Shown here: positions 12,926 to 25,747 of the stretch, in pieces | Position numbering within the stretch: position 1 is the stretch's first letter | Layout of the letters: every line of letters starts with the position of its first letter | Source of the DNA: Ginglymostoma cirratum | Lineage: Eukaryota | Reading direction: 5' to 3' | NCBI GenBank assembly: GCA_024137785.1 | Contig: JAHRHZ010000140.1 | Span: 21,336,127-21,400,126 of the forward strand | DNA: 64,000 bases | Made by a program: the position numbers and the translations under genes | The notes under the pieces: model-generated | Told to the model about the DNA's origin: nothing | Seen by the model: the letters and a program-made list of their open reading frames with translations, nothing else | The model's database searches: none

Positions 12926-13959
12926 AATGAAACACCTTTGTCCAATGCTATAATTTCTCAAGATTCATTTTGATATATTCCCTGTGTGATGTGGATTGCT
13001 GTTTGATAGTTTTGGATTAAGATTCTGGTAAACTAACATAAGGAAATCTCCCATCTTTCAGAAGTTTCTCATCTTCAAAATTTTCTTTTTCCACTTTGTC
13101 ACTCGAAAACAGAACTTGATAGCTTTCTCGCATAACAATTCAAATAGTCAGAACTGAAATTACCATTAAATGTTATTCGAACTTTCTATCTTCACATTGT
13201 AAGCGAACCTTGACCTACTTAACAAAACCCTCACCCCCATGCACAAACATTTGCAAAAAAAATGCCTTACTCTAGACCTGTCATTCAAGATTAGTGTATT
13301 GCCTGAAATAACACAGCAACAGCAGAAAGGACATGTACAAACAAAAAGGGATTTGGGTTTAATCTGAACTTTGACCCTCCTGACAATATTTACAACAAGC
13401 TGTGCAGAATGTTACAAGAAACATGATGATTAGAGAGGTTGAGAAAATGCAGCTTTGGACTAAGAAAATTAAATTATTGATACTAATAACTTGTTCTTTA
13501 TGGCAGAGAGTTAGGCAAAAGAGAACGAGAATAGTCGAAGTGTTTCACACTTGAGGCATCATTTCAGAAAGTAACCCTACATCTTAGATTTGCCACGTGG
13601 CTTCTCTTTGGGGAAGCAGAAACGCTTGAAGGGCAAGCCACTTTGTGCTGGTTCTCATGTGACTTCAAGCAGCTTGTGGTCGCAGTTCCATTTCAACAGA
13701 GGTCCAGGAGGTTGTCTCCCTGTTCAGTCTGAAGAAGTGGCTCATTGTATGAAAAGAAAGGACTAGACGTGAAGGGAAGAATGAAAAATTGGAGCTCACA
13801 GTTTCCCTCGTAGAGAAAGCAGATTTAATGATCTTCCTGGTTTGTGACTGCCCACTAGAATAATTTATACATGTGAAAATAGTACATTAATAATCCTTGA
13901 GAGACCAATTTGGGATGAGTTTTGCAGTCAGAAAGCAGAGAGCAGTTAATCAAAATTTA

Positions 13960-14192
13960 AAATAAAACTGGAATAATGCTGGAAATCTGAAATAATAATA
14001 GAAAATGTTGAAAACAATAAAAAATGTCAGACAGCAACTGTGGAGAGAACTGACAACTTACAGCTGCAAGGGCAGCCTCTTCTTTGCCCTTTAGAACTGA
14101 CGAAGAGTTGAATGTTGAAAACTTAACTGTTCACAGATGCTGGCTGACCAACTGAGTGTTTCCCAACAGCTTCTATTTTTGTGCTATTTCAG
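13960..14192. mobile_element. Degenerate fold-back mini-Penelope element
   Basis: Arms tgctggaaatctgaaat...cagacagcaactgtggagag and cacagatgctggctgacc...atttcag around ctgacgaagag. Confidence 0.65.
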
Positions 14193-14385
14193 GGTAGTTC
14201 GTGTTAGGAAATTAAATAAGGTAGTGCTCACCAAACTTTCTAAGCCCAAGATCACTTTTTGACTTTAAGTGCAATCCAGAATCTATGCTGAAGAAAACAT
14301 AGAATAAATAGATTATTTGTATTGCTGTATAAATTCTAAAGCTAAGCATATATAATTATTCATTTTGTCCTCTACTCGCCATGTC

Positions 14386-16185
14386 TCAGTGTGACAATTG
14401 TGACTGCACATTATCTACCAGCGCTTTGAAGCCTGGGTTGTAGTTTGAATCTGCTAGTCATATCCAATCCATCAAATGAATATCTGTGAGGAAGGTGTGA
14501 TACTTAATTACTTGACTGTTTTCATTTGGGAGAAGGCTGTCTCACAGAGGAATGTGGAGTCAAATAAGTTTTCAAGTAAAAAGCACAGAAAGATAGGAGT
14601 GGATATTTTCCCCTGTTTACGAATCCTAAAAAATTGCTCTCCTTTGATCTGGCTTTCAGTTCAATATAGTTTTACACAATAATTATCTCCACATCAAGTC
14701 CCCTTCTTTGTAAATCAAACACATGAAGGAATTTGGTAGCAACCCACCCATGAACGTGGATTTGAGACAAATATGATGATTTGTTCCATCACATCTAATT
14801 CCTGGAATTGCCTGTTTATTTCCTGTGCTTACTTCCTCAGGTATGCTATGCACAGAGGTTTTCTGGGTGGAACCATTTTGATTTGTTTTTGATTTTTTTT
14901 TTCTGGCATTTTCTTCAGACTGGGGAAAGGTTGCAATGCCTTGTTCTTTTATTTGGGAGGAGCACAGACCCGGTTCCAATCCGAATGTATGCCCAACGCT
15001 GATGGTGCTAAGTCTCTGTCCTTTCCTTGCATTTCACAGCTCAACTTGCTCAGTTTTGACGTTATGTCTGTAACGAACCCAGAGTCAAGCAACCGCACAT
15101 TGTTTGGCAGTTCACTGCACAGTTCATTCTTCGATTTAAGAAAAGTGAAGACTTCAGGCTTCAGATTTAAAAACCTCTATAGTACCTTCCTCTGACTTAA
15201 CCACCTCACATCAACATGGAGGATTCATTCACTATAGTCAGCATCGAGTTTATCGAGTAAGGATTTAAACAAGTGACGCTGAAGGGATCTTGCTTGAATT
15301 GGTTTACAATCTTCACAAAAACTTACACTACATGAGAACAGGTGTATAGCTTTAGTCATTAATGCTTGCTGGTGGTAATTTACAAAAGAGGCAATTTCTG
15401 CAAAATGCAACAAAGCCCATATTTGATGCTGTGCCTTCTGCTGTGAGCAAATTCTTGACTGGAATGTTTTTCTTTGGCATGTTTCTTTTGAATTTGTTGT
15501 AAATATTGCCACCCTTTGTTGTCTCTTCAAGGGGCGAAAGGATTAGAAAAGAGTAGTTGTTATGTCCTTGGTAACCACATGCACAAAGACAATCAGCTGG
15601 GCTGTATCGCTGATGTTGATGGATTTATCAAAGCATTCACAGTCCTTCAGGCCTTGCCACAGTTATGAATGTTATCTTTGGACAATGATTCCATCTTAAT
15701 ACTGTGGAATCACCAACTAACATGCTCTAGATTGGGGCTATTACTTCTTCATTGTTCTTGAAGTCTTTGAATAAAGAGTCAAAGGCCACAGTGATTGCTT
15801 CTTTATTCACTTCACTGTCTTTATTCACTTCACATGATTCCATGTGCTTTACCAGAAGAGGACAAACATGAAACAATGCTTCAATGTAGGCCTTACCTTT
15901 TGCTGCTGGTGTAGAAGGATTAACTGTTGAGCATTAAAAACAGGCTTCAACTTTCTTTATCCAAACTATTCTGTTGAAGAGAAACCTATCCTTGAATTTA
16001 CTGTACGTCATTGTGTGGGCTCACTGCAAATTCACCTTTTTACTTATCGATTTACTTTGGTGACAAATGAGGCAATTGCTTTGATCTTTGACAGTTGTGA
16101 ACAGAAATTCATTTTCCTATTCCATACAGACATTGTACATTTTTGGTTTCTTTTCAGATTGTCCAGGTTCGTCACTCATCATCAT
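14386..16185 (-). pseudogene. Decayed, nearly full-length hAT transposase (Charlie/SPIN, GTF2IRD2/EPM2AIP1-like)
   Basis: Manual minus-strand translation: EFLFTTVKDQSNCLICH, DKSINISDTAQLIVFV, ARSLQRHLFKSLLDKLDADY, DVRWLSQRKVL, DSTFLCETAFSQMK, QSQLSH*; many stops and frameshifts. Confidence 0.85.
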
Positions 16186-16693
16186 TGATTCGCTTTGTGG
16201 TTCATGGTCTCACTCTGACATTTGTCACACTGCAAACTGGCCTCTGCATCTGCACCTCCAGAATATCGGAAATGTTGCTGCTGCTTTCAAAAGTGAATGT
16301 ACAGGAAGTCAGTTCTGAGGTTGTAATTTGGTTCTAGGTCTCCTGAACACATTGTGCTGTTCGGATACTGCATGTCAAGGTGCAATGGCATTCCACAAGT
16401 TTTTCCTCATTTTGCATGGACCTATTAGACAAGCAGCTGAAAGAGAAAATTTTAGGTGAACGGAGAATTGACAGAGGTGCAGATCTGGCTCAGCTGCTCT
16501 TGCAGACACATGAAGAGCTTTAGAACTAGTACATACATTAGCTCCTAGTGTATTTCTTATTAAGACATTTGCATTGTCACCATAAGATGTGCTTTACCTA
16601 CAACGAGAGTCCATCAAATTGAAGCAACAAGCTGGAAAAGCCTGTTTAGAGCTTGAACTTTTCTCTAATCTTCACAGTTCACTGAAGCAGACA

Positions 16694-16798
16694 TCAGAGA
16701 TACACACAGTGAGGGAACACTGCTGGGTACTGGGATTGACTGTCAGAGATACACACCGTGAGGGAACATTGCTGGGCAGTGAGATTGAATGTCAGAGA
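16694..16798. repeat. 49-bp tandem repeat x2.1
   Basis: tcagagatacacac.gtgagggaaca.tgctggg at 16694 and 16743. Confidence 0.85.
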
Positions 16799-17747
16799 CT
16801 CTGTGATTGACCAACTGATCACAATCTATGCATTAAGATTCCCAGATCTTTCTGTTCAATATAATGATTGCGTCCGCAGTGAAACTGTTCTACTATATCA
16901 GTATCACTTTTGCACCAGTGAGTTTTTTCCCAATTTTAACATGACCCTTTAAGTGGCCTCTCTAAATGAAGTTCCTGTTGCACAATCTAGTGCCAAATCA
17001 GAAGTAGGTTTATCTTGTGACTTCCAGTCCATTAGAAAACAAACCAAGACTCATCCCATTTGTACACTTTAACAGCCAACAGGTCAGAGGATGCCATTAA
17101 CCCATCAATCTGAGTTAGATTTGATCCTAAATCACAGAGGAGTTTGATGTCTATCTAATCCACAACAACCATTCCACCCAATGACACCTGAGATGGTGCC
17201 ACTTTAATCTAACTAGCAGAATTGGGTCAAGCTCAGTCTTACTTTCTCATCAATGGACTGTAAAATTGGTGAACTAATTGGTGAGGGAGCACAGATCTTT
17301 ATGTGGATAATGTGTGTGAATGGCTGTAATGCTTTAAAAAGTAGACATTATTGCGGCTCATTGGCACCTGCCATTCCAATCTCTCCTTCATCACGAGACC
17401 AGTCTTGGCCCTCACCACCAATTGGAACATATTTTCCTTGATTTGGTTAGAAAGGGACTCCGCCAGTCTGGATGCTCACCTTTCTGTTGCATACCCTCTT
17501 GTCCAGCAACAAGAGAAAGAGAAGTGTTAATTGTGATGTGAATGTGTGAAGGAGCACTTGATGACTATACACAGTCCTGCCAAGTGGTGAGTAGAAAGTA
17601 GGCTAGAAGACTGTCAGCATAAGTTGGGCATGAATTCTACAAGGGATGGTGACATGGGCAATCCTATGTGACATGGCTGTACCAAGGCAGAGTTGGGCTG
17701 AAAGATAACCTTGTGAGTGTGGGTTACAGTGAGAAGATGGTGGCACT

Positions 17748-17990
17748 TAACCTTGCAGAGTGCAGAAGATCATTCAACCACTTCCTGTACTAAGTCCTGT
17801 TACACTAGTGTTTACCAAAGACTCTGACGTGCTGAATGAGCTCAGCCCAGAACTCCCAGGTCTGATGGGAGGACATCTCTCACCCATCAGAGAGGAAGAT
17901 GACCTTCTTTTTGACCTGGATGGCCTAGAACATAGAAGTAGGATGCTTAGTGCAGAATGAAGAGTAACAATAACGATCTGTTTTGGTGTT
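17748..17990 (-). pseudogene. Harbinger Myb/SANT-like partner gene remnant
   Basis: Reverse translation AIQVKKKVIFLSDG...WEFWAELIQHV...YRKWLNDLLHSAR followed by a gt donor-like site. Confidence 0.65.
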
Positions 17991-18619
17991 CCTGGCTTTT
18001 GCCAAGTCAAATATGGTTATAGAAACATTGACTCTGGAAGATGCAATTAGGGGCAAGAGTTTCTTCCTGTTATGCCATAGGGACTGTCTGCATGTAAAGT
18101 GAGAAATAAGAGATCACCTGAGGAAGCTCACCGTGAGCCACGATGGATGTAACGTGATCTAAGACACCAGTCACCACACTCGGACTCTGAAATGGCAAAT
18201 CCCAGCCATAATGGCATGTTGCAGATGGATATGATCCATAAAACCTTCCCAGGTAATACCACAATTAAACACTATTGATGGGAATGGAAACAAAATTGCA
18301 ACTTTGTAATAATAGCCAATTCAAAAATGTATCGTTTCAAAATTCATATTGCTCAAAATATATTTTCAGAGATGGTTAAAAGCTTAAATCATGGTCTGCT
18401 TGGAGAGTTTCAGTATCATTTCTTCAAAGTGTCTTTGACATGCTGCTAAGTGGTTCAGACAGATGAGAGCTCTGCAGAATATCTCATCACACTCAGGGAA
18501 ATAGAGCACTCCTGGAAAAGCAGGTGCCTATGGCGATGTAGATCATTTGAACAACAGTTCACACTTCAGTTATTGCAGCTCAGGACCTGTGAAGAAGGAC
18601 ATTCTAACCAGCTTACAGA

Positions 18620-18768
18620 AAATGTTTGATGATTTTTCTTTACTTCCCCAGGTAACGTGCTTGACTTCAAGGCAAAACGCTTAGTACAATGGGCACCTGA
18701 TCTATGAGACATCATTGATATTGCTAACTAGGGAAATTATTCCAATCCCTTTCCTGTCTAGAGCAAAG
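18620..18768 (+). other. Candidate recursive splice site (AG|GTAACG at 18651/18652) with 117-nt RS-exon
   Basis: tttttctttacttccccag|gtaacg; downstream aag|gtagca at 18768. Confidence 0.25.
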
Positions 18769-19189
18769 GTAGCACTGTAATAATATGGCTAAAAGAGAAA
18801 GAGCAGAAAATATCATCAAAAAGATTTGTGTGGTTAATATAACTACACTACTAACCTTTGAGGACTTAAACAAGGGCGAGCTCCTCATTGTTTATTGTAA
18901 TTTACGATCCATTATCTGAATGTATGATTTAAAATTTGTTTTTTCCAAAATTGTAGCTTTGTTTCTGTGATAAATAACAACCAGTCATCAAACAATGATC
19001 TTTCGAAACTTTTGAAACAGCTGACTCAACCTTCGCAGTTCTCTATGAGGAAGAATTCCTTCATTCAGTTACATACAGTACATTCTTCCTGGGTGATGGC
19101 TATTGGGAAAAGCTTAGGGTAGTAATCAGCCTCTGTGTGTGTTTGTGTCCTTGATAGTGGAACAAGGCAACAAGACTTTGCACAATTGT

Positions 19190-19340
19190 CAAAAGGCATC
19201 TGGGTGGTTGCTTGAGTAGGAATGGTTTAGAGGGTTATGGGCCAAATGTTGGCAAATGGGACTAGGTAAATTTACAATACCTAGTTGGCATGGGCATGTT
19301 GGATGAAAGGGTCTGTTTCCATGTTTTACAACGTTATGAC
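19190..19340 (+). mobile_element. CR1/HER1 3' end
   Basis: ggaatggtttagagggttatgggccaaatg...gaaagggtctgtttccatg. Confidence 0.8.
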
Positions 19341-19479
19341 TAGGGATGGGGTTCTCCCTCAATAATGGAGCCATACCTGCTTACCATCCACCATAATCTC
19401 TGCAGGTGTTACTCTGAGGAATTGATATGCAATGCACCAGATTTTTCCACTGGCTTAGTAAGGTAAGAAGCCTTCATGT

Positions 19480-19818
19480 TTTTTTAACTTTATTCATTCA
19501 CAGGGTGAGGGCATCGCTGACCAGGCAGCATTTATTGCCCATACCTAATTGCCCAGAGGGCAGTTCAGAGTCAATCACTTTGCTATGAGTCTGGAGTCAC
19601 ATGTAGGCCAGACCAGGTGAGGATGGCAGTTTCCTTCCCTAAAAAATGTTAGTGAAGTGAACCAGATGGGTTTTTCCCAACAATGGTCATCATTAGATTC
19701 TTAATTCCAGATAATTTATTGAATTCAAATTCACCATATGCCAAGGCAGGATTTGTGCCCAAGACCCCAGAATGTTATCAGTCCAGCGATAATACCACTA
19801 GGCCAAAACTTCCCCTTG
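19480..19818 (-). mobile_element. tRNA-derived SINE (family of 3575)
   Basis: Reverse of SINE core: ccagcgataataccactaggcc, ggagtcacatgtaggccagaccag. Confidence 0.85.
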
Positions 19819-19961
19819 ACTTGTTCCACACAAAGTCAGTACCATAGCCATTGACTGGTTCTGAATAATTCCAGCTCAGGAGTTTCTATGGACATGGCTT
19901 TCCAAGCAATAGGTAGAACATTGTCAAATGCAGCACTATGTAAGCTGAGAAATATCAAGGG

Positions 19962-20322
19962 AAATGGTATGTAGTGATAATGTTACTGGCCTAGTAATTC
20001 AGAGGCCAAGTCTAATGCTGTAGGGAGCATGGGTTCAAATCTCACTATGGCTACTTGTGGAAGTTAAACTGAATTAATTCGAAACTAGTCTAAATATTGG
20101 TGACCGTGAAGCTATCATTGACTGTTGTAGAAGCCAATCTGGTTCATTAATATCCTTTCAGAAGGAAATATGTCATCCTTACTCAGTTTGGTCTCTGTGT
20201 AAATCCAAACATTCAGCAATGTGATTGAAAGTAAACTGCTCTCATTCAAGGGCAGCCATGGATGGGCAACAAATGCTGACCCTGCCACTGATACCCAGCA
20301 AGGCCTGAGTTTCCACATGAAA
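19962..20322 (+). mobile_element. tRNA-derived SINE (family of 3575)
   Basis: B-box ggttcaaatctc; ctggttcattaatatcctttcagaaggaaat; tail ggatgggcaacaaatgctg. Confidence 0.8.
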
Positions 20323-20349
20323 AAGATTTTTTTTTAATGTTTGTGACCT

Positions 20350-20472
20350 GCCAATAGAAGGGGCTATGCTCTGAAAGCTTGTGATTTCAAATAAACCTGT
20401 TGGACTGTAACTTGGTGTCATCTGACTTCTGATCTTGTCCACCCCTATCCAACACCAGCACCTCCACATCAT
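20350..20472 (+). mobile_element. Short Penelope-derived element, second family
   Basis: gaaggggctatgctctgaaagcttgtgatttcaaataaacctgttggact: decayed hammerhead stem II plus GAAA and a tail unlike the first family. Confidence 0.6.
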
Positions 20473-20879
20473 ACCTGCCAATAAAGCAGTTTGTGTTACT
20501 CATGGGAGAAAAGTGGTAGAAAGACACAGGGCGAACACATCTTGCAAGCTCTGAGAAACATAGTAAACGTTAATCCCTTTTGGTATATTTTGCAGTCTGA
20601 CATTTTGCCATCATGCTGAAAAGTTCAAAATGCTGACTGCTATGATGTTTCTTGTAAGTGCTTACAGTTTACTTTGGTCCAATTAATGTACCTCAACACA
20701 CAGAGTCCACTGAAGCAGGGGAATTGAAAGAGACCATTCAGTCTTTGAATGTGAGTCATCATTCAGTTACGCTTAACCTATAGTCTAATGTTATCCTTCA
20801 TTCCTTCATTCCTCCATTCCCTCCTTCATTCTATAATCCTTAATAACTTTGCCTGTCAAAAAGTCATTAATCAGCTCTA

Positions 20880-21005
20880 ACTAAAGGACATCAGCCTGAA
20901 ATGTTGACTCTGTTACTCTCCCCATTGATGTTCACAGGCCAGCTAAGTATTCCCAGCATTTTGTACGTTTATTACAGATTTCCAGTATCTACAATGCTTT
21001 TGTAC
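20880..21005 (+). mobile_element. Old mini-Penelope arm within a reverse CR1 remnant
   Basis: cctgaaatgttgactctgtt...gatttccagtatctaca. Confidence 0.6.
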
Positions 21006-24000
21006 CTATTAATCTCAGTTTATTATTAAGTTTCAGTTGATCCTCAGCCTCAGCAGCTTTTTGAGAGATGAGAGTTCTAGTGATAAGATTGGACGTCCTT
21101 ACTGACCGCAGCCCCAGGTAGATCACTGTTATTCTAATCTACTGGCAAAATAGAGTGTGCTCCAGGGTTATCTGCTCCTACTGCTGCATTGTTTTTGGCA
21201 GAAACTTGTTATCTATTATTCACTTCACTCACCTCAACCTTTTGATACTTATTTTAGCACAAAGCTGCACCTACTATACAGATGGACAGTATTGTGGTTT
21301 ACTGCCAAGTTTGATTGTTCACTTCAACTTCAGTAAAGGCGAACAATTTGAACCAATAAATGAAGTTTAAGATTAGTAAGGAGAAGAAAACATGATCATA
21401 AATCCCTTGTCATGAAGTTCCTAGTCAACATCTTTTCCCAAAATGGTGTTATTAACTTCACAAGGCCAATACACAAAAGATTGTTTCTCTAGTTTTATTC
21501 TCCATTTGTAGACCTGCAGCATTGATTTTCATAAATCAAAAGTCAAGGAAGATGCAAACAAACTGTGTCAATCTTATAGATTAAAAATTGACTTTTTCCA
21601 GTAAATTCAATCATGAGTGCAGATTTGAATCAATGGATCACATTAAACCAAAATCGGCCCAGTGTGGTCACATGACTGTAGCATTGCCCTGAACAAAGAT
21701 TTACTGTAAGCTCACAAACCCATTGTAATGCTTGATTTCATTTTTCATAAGCATATTTAAAAATTCCACAATTTTGTGCTGCTAATGAGAAGCACGATTA
21801 AATTATGAAAGCGTGAAGCCTGAAACAAGCCAAACCTTTTTTGCACCTATTTCATTATGATCTTGAGAGAGATTTGGTAATGTTTGTTTTTACAACCAGA
21901 GGAAGAGCTGGGGTTGCTTAGGAGCCTGGAAAGTCGGTTAGATGCTCCAAAAGATTTTATTACAATTAGGAGCTGGAATGTTGTGGTCTTAAGGTCGTTT
22001 TAGGTAGGTGCAGAGTTGAGATAAGGAGAACAGCAAAAGACAAATCTTTTTACGTTTACGTTTGATAGAGATGAGTTAAACCAAAACTAATTGCACCCTT
22101 AAATTGAAGCAGGTTCAATATATCCTGTTATTTCCTCAGTGGGGCTGAAAGCTACCAAACACACAAGTGGTGATCTGAGTTTTCTCTGCCACATGGAATG
22201 CAGGGTTTTGGATCCATTGATCTGTATGAAGATTGGTGGAGATTTCTACAGCCATATTTGCTTCATGTGAAAAGAAACAAAAAGAACAGAGGGTTTCTAT
22301 ATGAAATATGACAGAAGTAAGGAGAAATAGAAGCAAGAAAACGGAGATGCTTTAAATCAACCTCTCTGTTTTTACTGTGCATAGCTCCATTAATATCTCT
22401 GAAGCAAAGTGAATAAAATTTGTTGTTCACCAAAGATAAAATGGTCTTTTCAATTATGAAAATTGTGACACTGCATTAACCCATTGAAAGTGCTTACATT
22501 TTAGGCCATAATTTGAACTAATTTTTATTTCCAACGGTCAATAGGTGAACTTTTATATCTGTGATACCAAAAAATATTAAAAGAACAAGAATTCCAGAAG
22601 TTAAATAAATTAAACAGGGATACAATAAAAATATGCTAAGAATTTAGTCATGTAATTTAACCCTCTGAAGGCTGCAGATGTGTGGTTTGGACTGTATAAG
22701 AAACATCTGTGTGGCTTCGAAATATGAATACAAAGAACAGGTGGAAATGCCTCATTTTTTTTCCTTGTGTGGTATACAATTCATCAGCTCGTCCTTCTGC
22801 GAGTCCGGTTACAAACGTACAGAGAGTCAATTCTACAAATCCGACAAAGTAGAGGAAACTTAGAGCACATTGATTCAACAGTGGATAGGAAAACAAAAAT
22901 GTTTCTATTTTAAGGCTAACAGAAAATGTTTTGTATATTCAAGCCAGGAGAGTTCAGTGGAATTACTCAAGTTCAAATATGTTTATTCGCTAAATTCAGC
23001 TATATAGTGTCCGGAGTAAACATTTATTTATTTTATGAAAAAATAAATAATCGGAAAACTGTACTCCACTGTGACATGGTTTGACCTTCAGGGTGGTATT
23101 CACTTTCCAAAACACAGGAATGTTTTTTGTTAAAACCAGTGATACTAAACGGATATTGGGGTGGAGGTGGAATTTAATAAGGGCCCACAATTCAGAACAA
23201 CATTAGTGACTACAAAATAAAGTTTTAACTTTTTTACAGTATTTTGTATCAAAAGTAGGTTCTCTTGGGTTCTATTTACTGTGGACTCTGTCTCAAATAG
23301 CAGGCTTACAAAAGCAGGCTTGTTTGTCTAGCTTTATGCAGTAGCTAAAAATAAATTACTGACTAGGTGCTGCCTTATACGTTACAAATTGTTGCATAAA
23401 TATATAAACTGTGGGTTGACTAGTCATTTAGTGCTGCTTCGTATCACAAACAAGAAGGATTTTCAGTGTTCTTGTGTTCATTGAGTTGAGTCATGAATAT
23501 ACTTGTGTTCCATTCGACGGCCAATAGCAGAACCTAGTTTTCCTAACATCTGTTATGTCATGGCTTAGAAGAAATGTTGGGCTCCCTAGAATACAACAAT
23601 GTGTTTTCTGTTCCCCAAGCCTGACTTTACCATTCACTTAAATTCCAGTGTTGATTCTCTCAAAGCCAAGGCATCCATCCTGGTGATAAAGTCACTTGAG
23701 GAAATAATCACCAAACCCGTCTTCTCGTTCATGTTCGATTTCAATCACTTCATTAGCAATTATACTTATAGCCTATAAACACTGGAAGTCCTGCCCTAAA
23801 CTTTTCTACCTCTTTTTCCATCTTTAAGATACTTCTATTTTTGAGACAAAGTCAGTTTATATGGATCAGTCTGTTTAATAATGCCCCCGTCTATATTCAG
23901 AGGCAGACAGAGTTCATAAGCTGTTGAGCAGAATTTGATGTTGCTCTCATAGAACTGATATCAATTGGTAATTAACTTCCCAATGGCTTTAGATTTCTGG

Positions 24001-24307
24001 TATGTGCATTTTGAAGCAGGGCACTAAAGTCAAAATAGAAATTTTCCTGCAGAGGGCACAATCAGTGACTCTGGAACAAATGACACTTAAAACTGTGCTT
24101 GTTTTGAAATGTACTTTAATCAAAGTTTCCACAAAACTCGTTTGCATATCACATGAAAAATCTGCCATGAACAAATGCAATAGGGCAGTATTTAATAAAT
24201 ATATCGAAAGATACTTCTCAGAAAATATTCATTATTTCATTATTCATCATACAACACAGTTGGCAGCCATTTGCACACAACGTGTCTCTGTGAGATCTTT
24301 ACAAGAG

Positions 24308-24580
24308 CAATTTAGTCAATCCCATGTTCCCAGCGCACGCCCCCCCCCCATAAGTTCTGTAAATACTCCCTCTTGAGGTAATTATCCATTCCCTGTTGGA
24401 AACCATGATTGAATCTGTTTCCATTATACTTGTAAAAATGAATTCCAGATTCTAACCATTCACTGAACGCAAAGTATTTCCTCAGGTTGTCACTATCTCT
24501 TTCACCAATCACCTGAAATTGGGGTCCTCTGCTTCTCAACCCTTCAGCACATGGGAACAGTTTTTCACATTGATATATTA
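24308..24580 (-). mobile_element. CR1 3' fragment
   Basis: Reverse CR1 end: gaattccagattctaaccattcactgaacgcaaagtatttcctc. Confidence 0.7.
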
Positions 24581-25139
24581 GAAAGTGATAAGTTGGTAAA
24601 TTTTGATTCATAAAAATGGAAAAAGCGTTCACTGCAAAAAAATTAGGCATTTTAAATTACAGTAGCAATTCAGCATCCATGAGTAACCCAACTTTAAATT
24701 ACCCAAAAATAACTGTATAAAAAGCACAGAGGTATGTTTCAGTTACCTTAGGGTACAGTAATCACCTCCTTTCACTCATTCAAAACATTCATGTCCAAAA
24801 AGATTCAGCCTTATCCTTGTAGCCCTGCAAAGATCTGCAAACAATGCAATCAGCAGAAATTCCAAGAGTGATTAATTCACCCTGGAGGTTTGACTCTTGC
24901 TGAACATTCTTAAAAATAGAACAAAATGTCTCAAAACTCAAGTTGCACTGGTTGCAATTGAACTCAAGTTCTGCTCTGTTACATTGAAATCAGAGGAATT
25001 GTGCCAACAAAAGCAGGACAATAAGCAGAAACTCCAAGCTAAGAAGTTTATTTGAAATACCCCTTAAGGATTGTATTTGTAGGTATCGAAATGTAAGTAC
25101 TGTAGCTGAAACTTACAATTATAATTCTATTTTGAGGAA

Positions 25140-25265
25140 ATTACATTCTTCTCAAAATGTTCATCCTTTTTCTCCACATTGATGCTGCCAGACCTGCAGA
25201 ACGTTTCTGTTTTGCTGCATTTCCTGGTCTTACTTCAAATGTCCAGCATCTGCATTGATAGTTTG
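25140..25265 (+). mobile_element. Old mini-Penelope arm
   Basis: tctccacattgatgctgccagacctgc...tccagcatctgca. Confidence 0.6.
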
Positions 25266-25548
25266 TAACATTATTTTCTCACATTATTGGTTAATTGTTG
25301 ATTGGAAGGATGCAAAATCAGAGATGTGCATAAAAAGCCCAGCAAGAATGCCAAAATGGCAAATGGGATTGATGAAAAACAGTACATGGGAGAAACAGTA
25401 AAGTCAGTGAAGAAAGAAAAAAGAAAATGAAACATGGAATGGATAGGGAGTAGAGATGGTGAAGGAGCTAGATCAGTGAGAGAGAAGAGAGAACACAGTA
25501 TGGAGCTGGAGGAACACAATAGGCCAGGCAGCATCAGAGGAGCAGGAA

Positions 25549-25585
25549 AGTTGACATTTCGGGTCAGGGACCCTTCTTCAGAAAT
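25549..25585 (-). ncRNA. Minimal type I hammerhead ribozyme motif
   Basis: Minus strand: CTGAAGA-A-GGGTC-cct-GACCC-GAAA-TGTC-aact. Confidence 0.7.
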
Positions 25586-25747
25586 GGAGAGGGGGAAGGG
25601 AACTGGGAAATAAATAGAGAGGAGGGGTGGGGCTGGGGAAGGTAGGTGGGATGGTTATAGGTGAGTGCAGGTAGGGAGTGGTGAGGATTGGTCAGTGAGG
25701 TGGGAGGAGTGGATAGGTAGGAGAGAAGATGGACAGACTGTGTCAGG

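Noticed and set aside
14821-14846. AG|GTATGC fusion resembling a recursive site
   Set aside because: Lies antisense inside the hAT fossil with a weaker donor; shows such motifs arise by chance
22136-22900. Short ORFs and splice-like sites
   Set aside because: No recognisable protein and no consistent acceptor-donor pair
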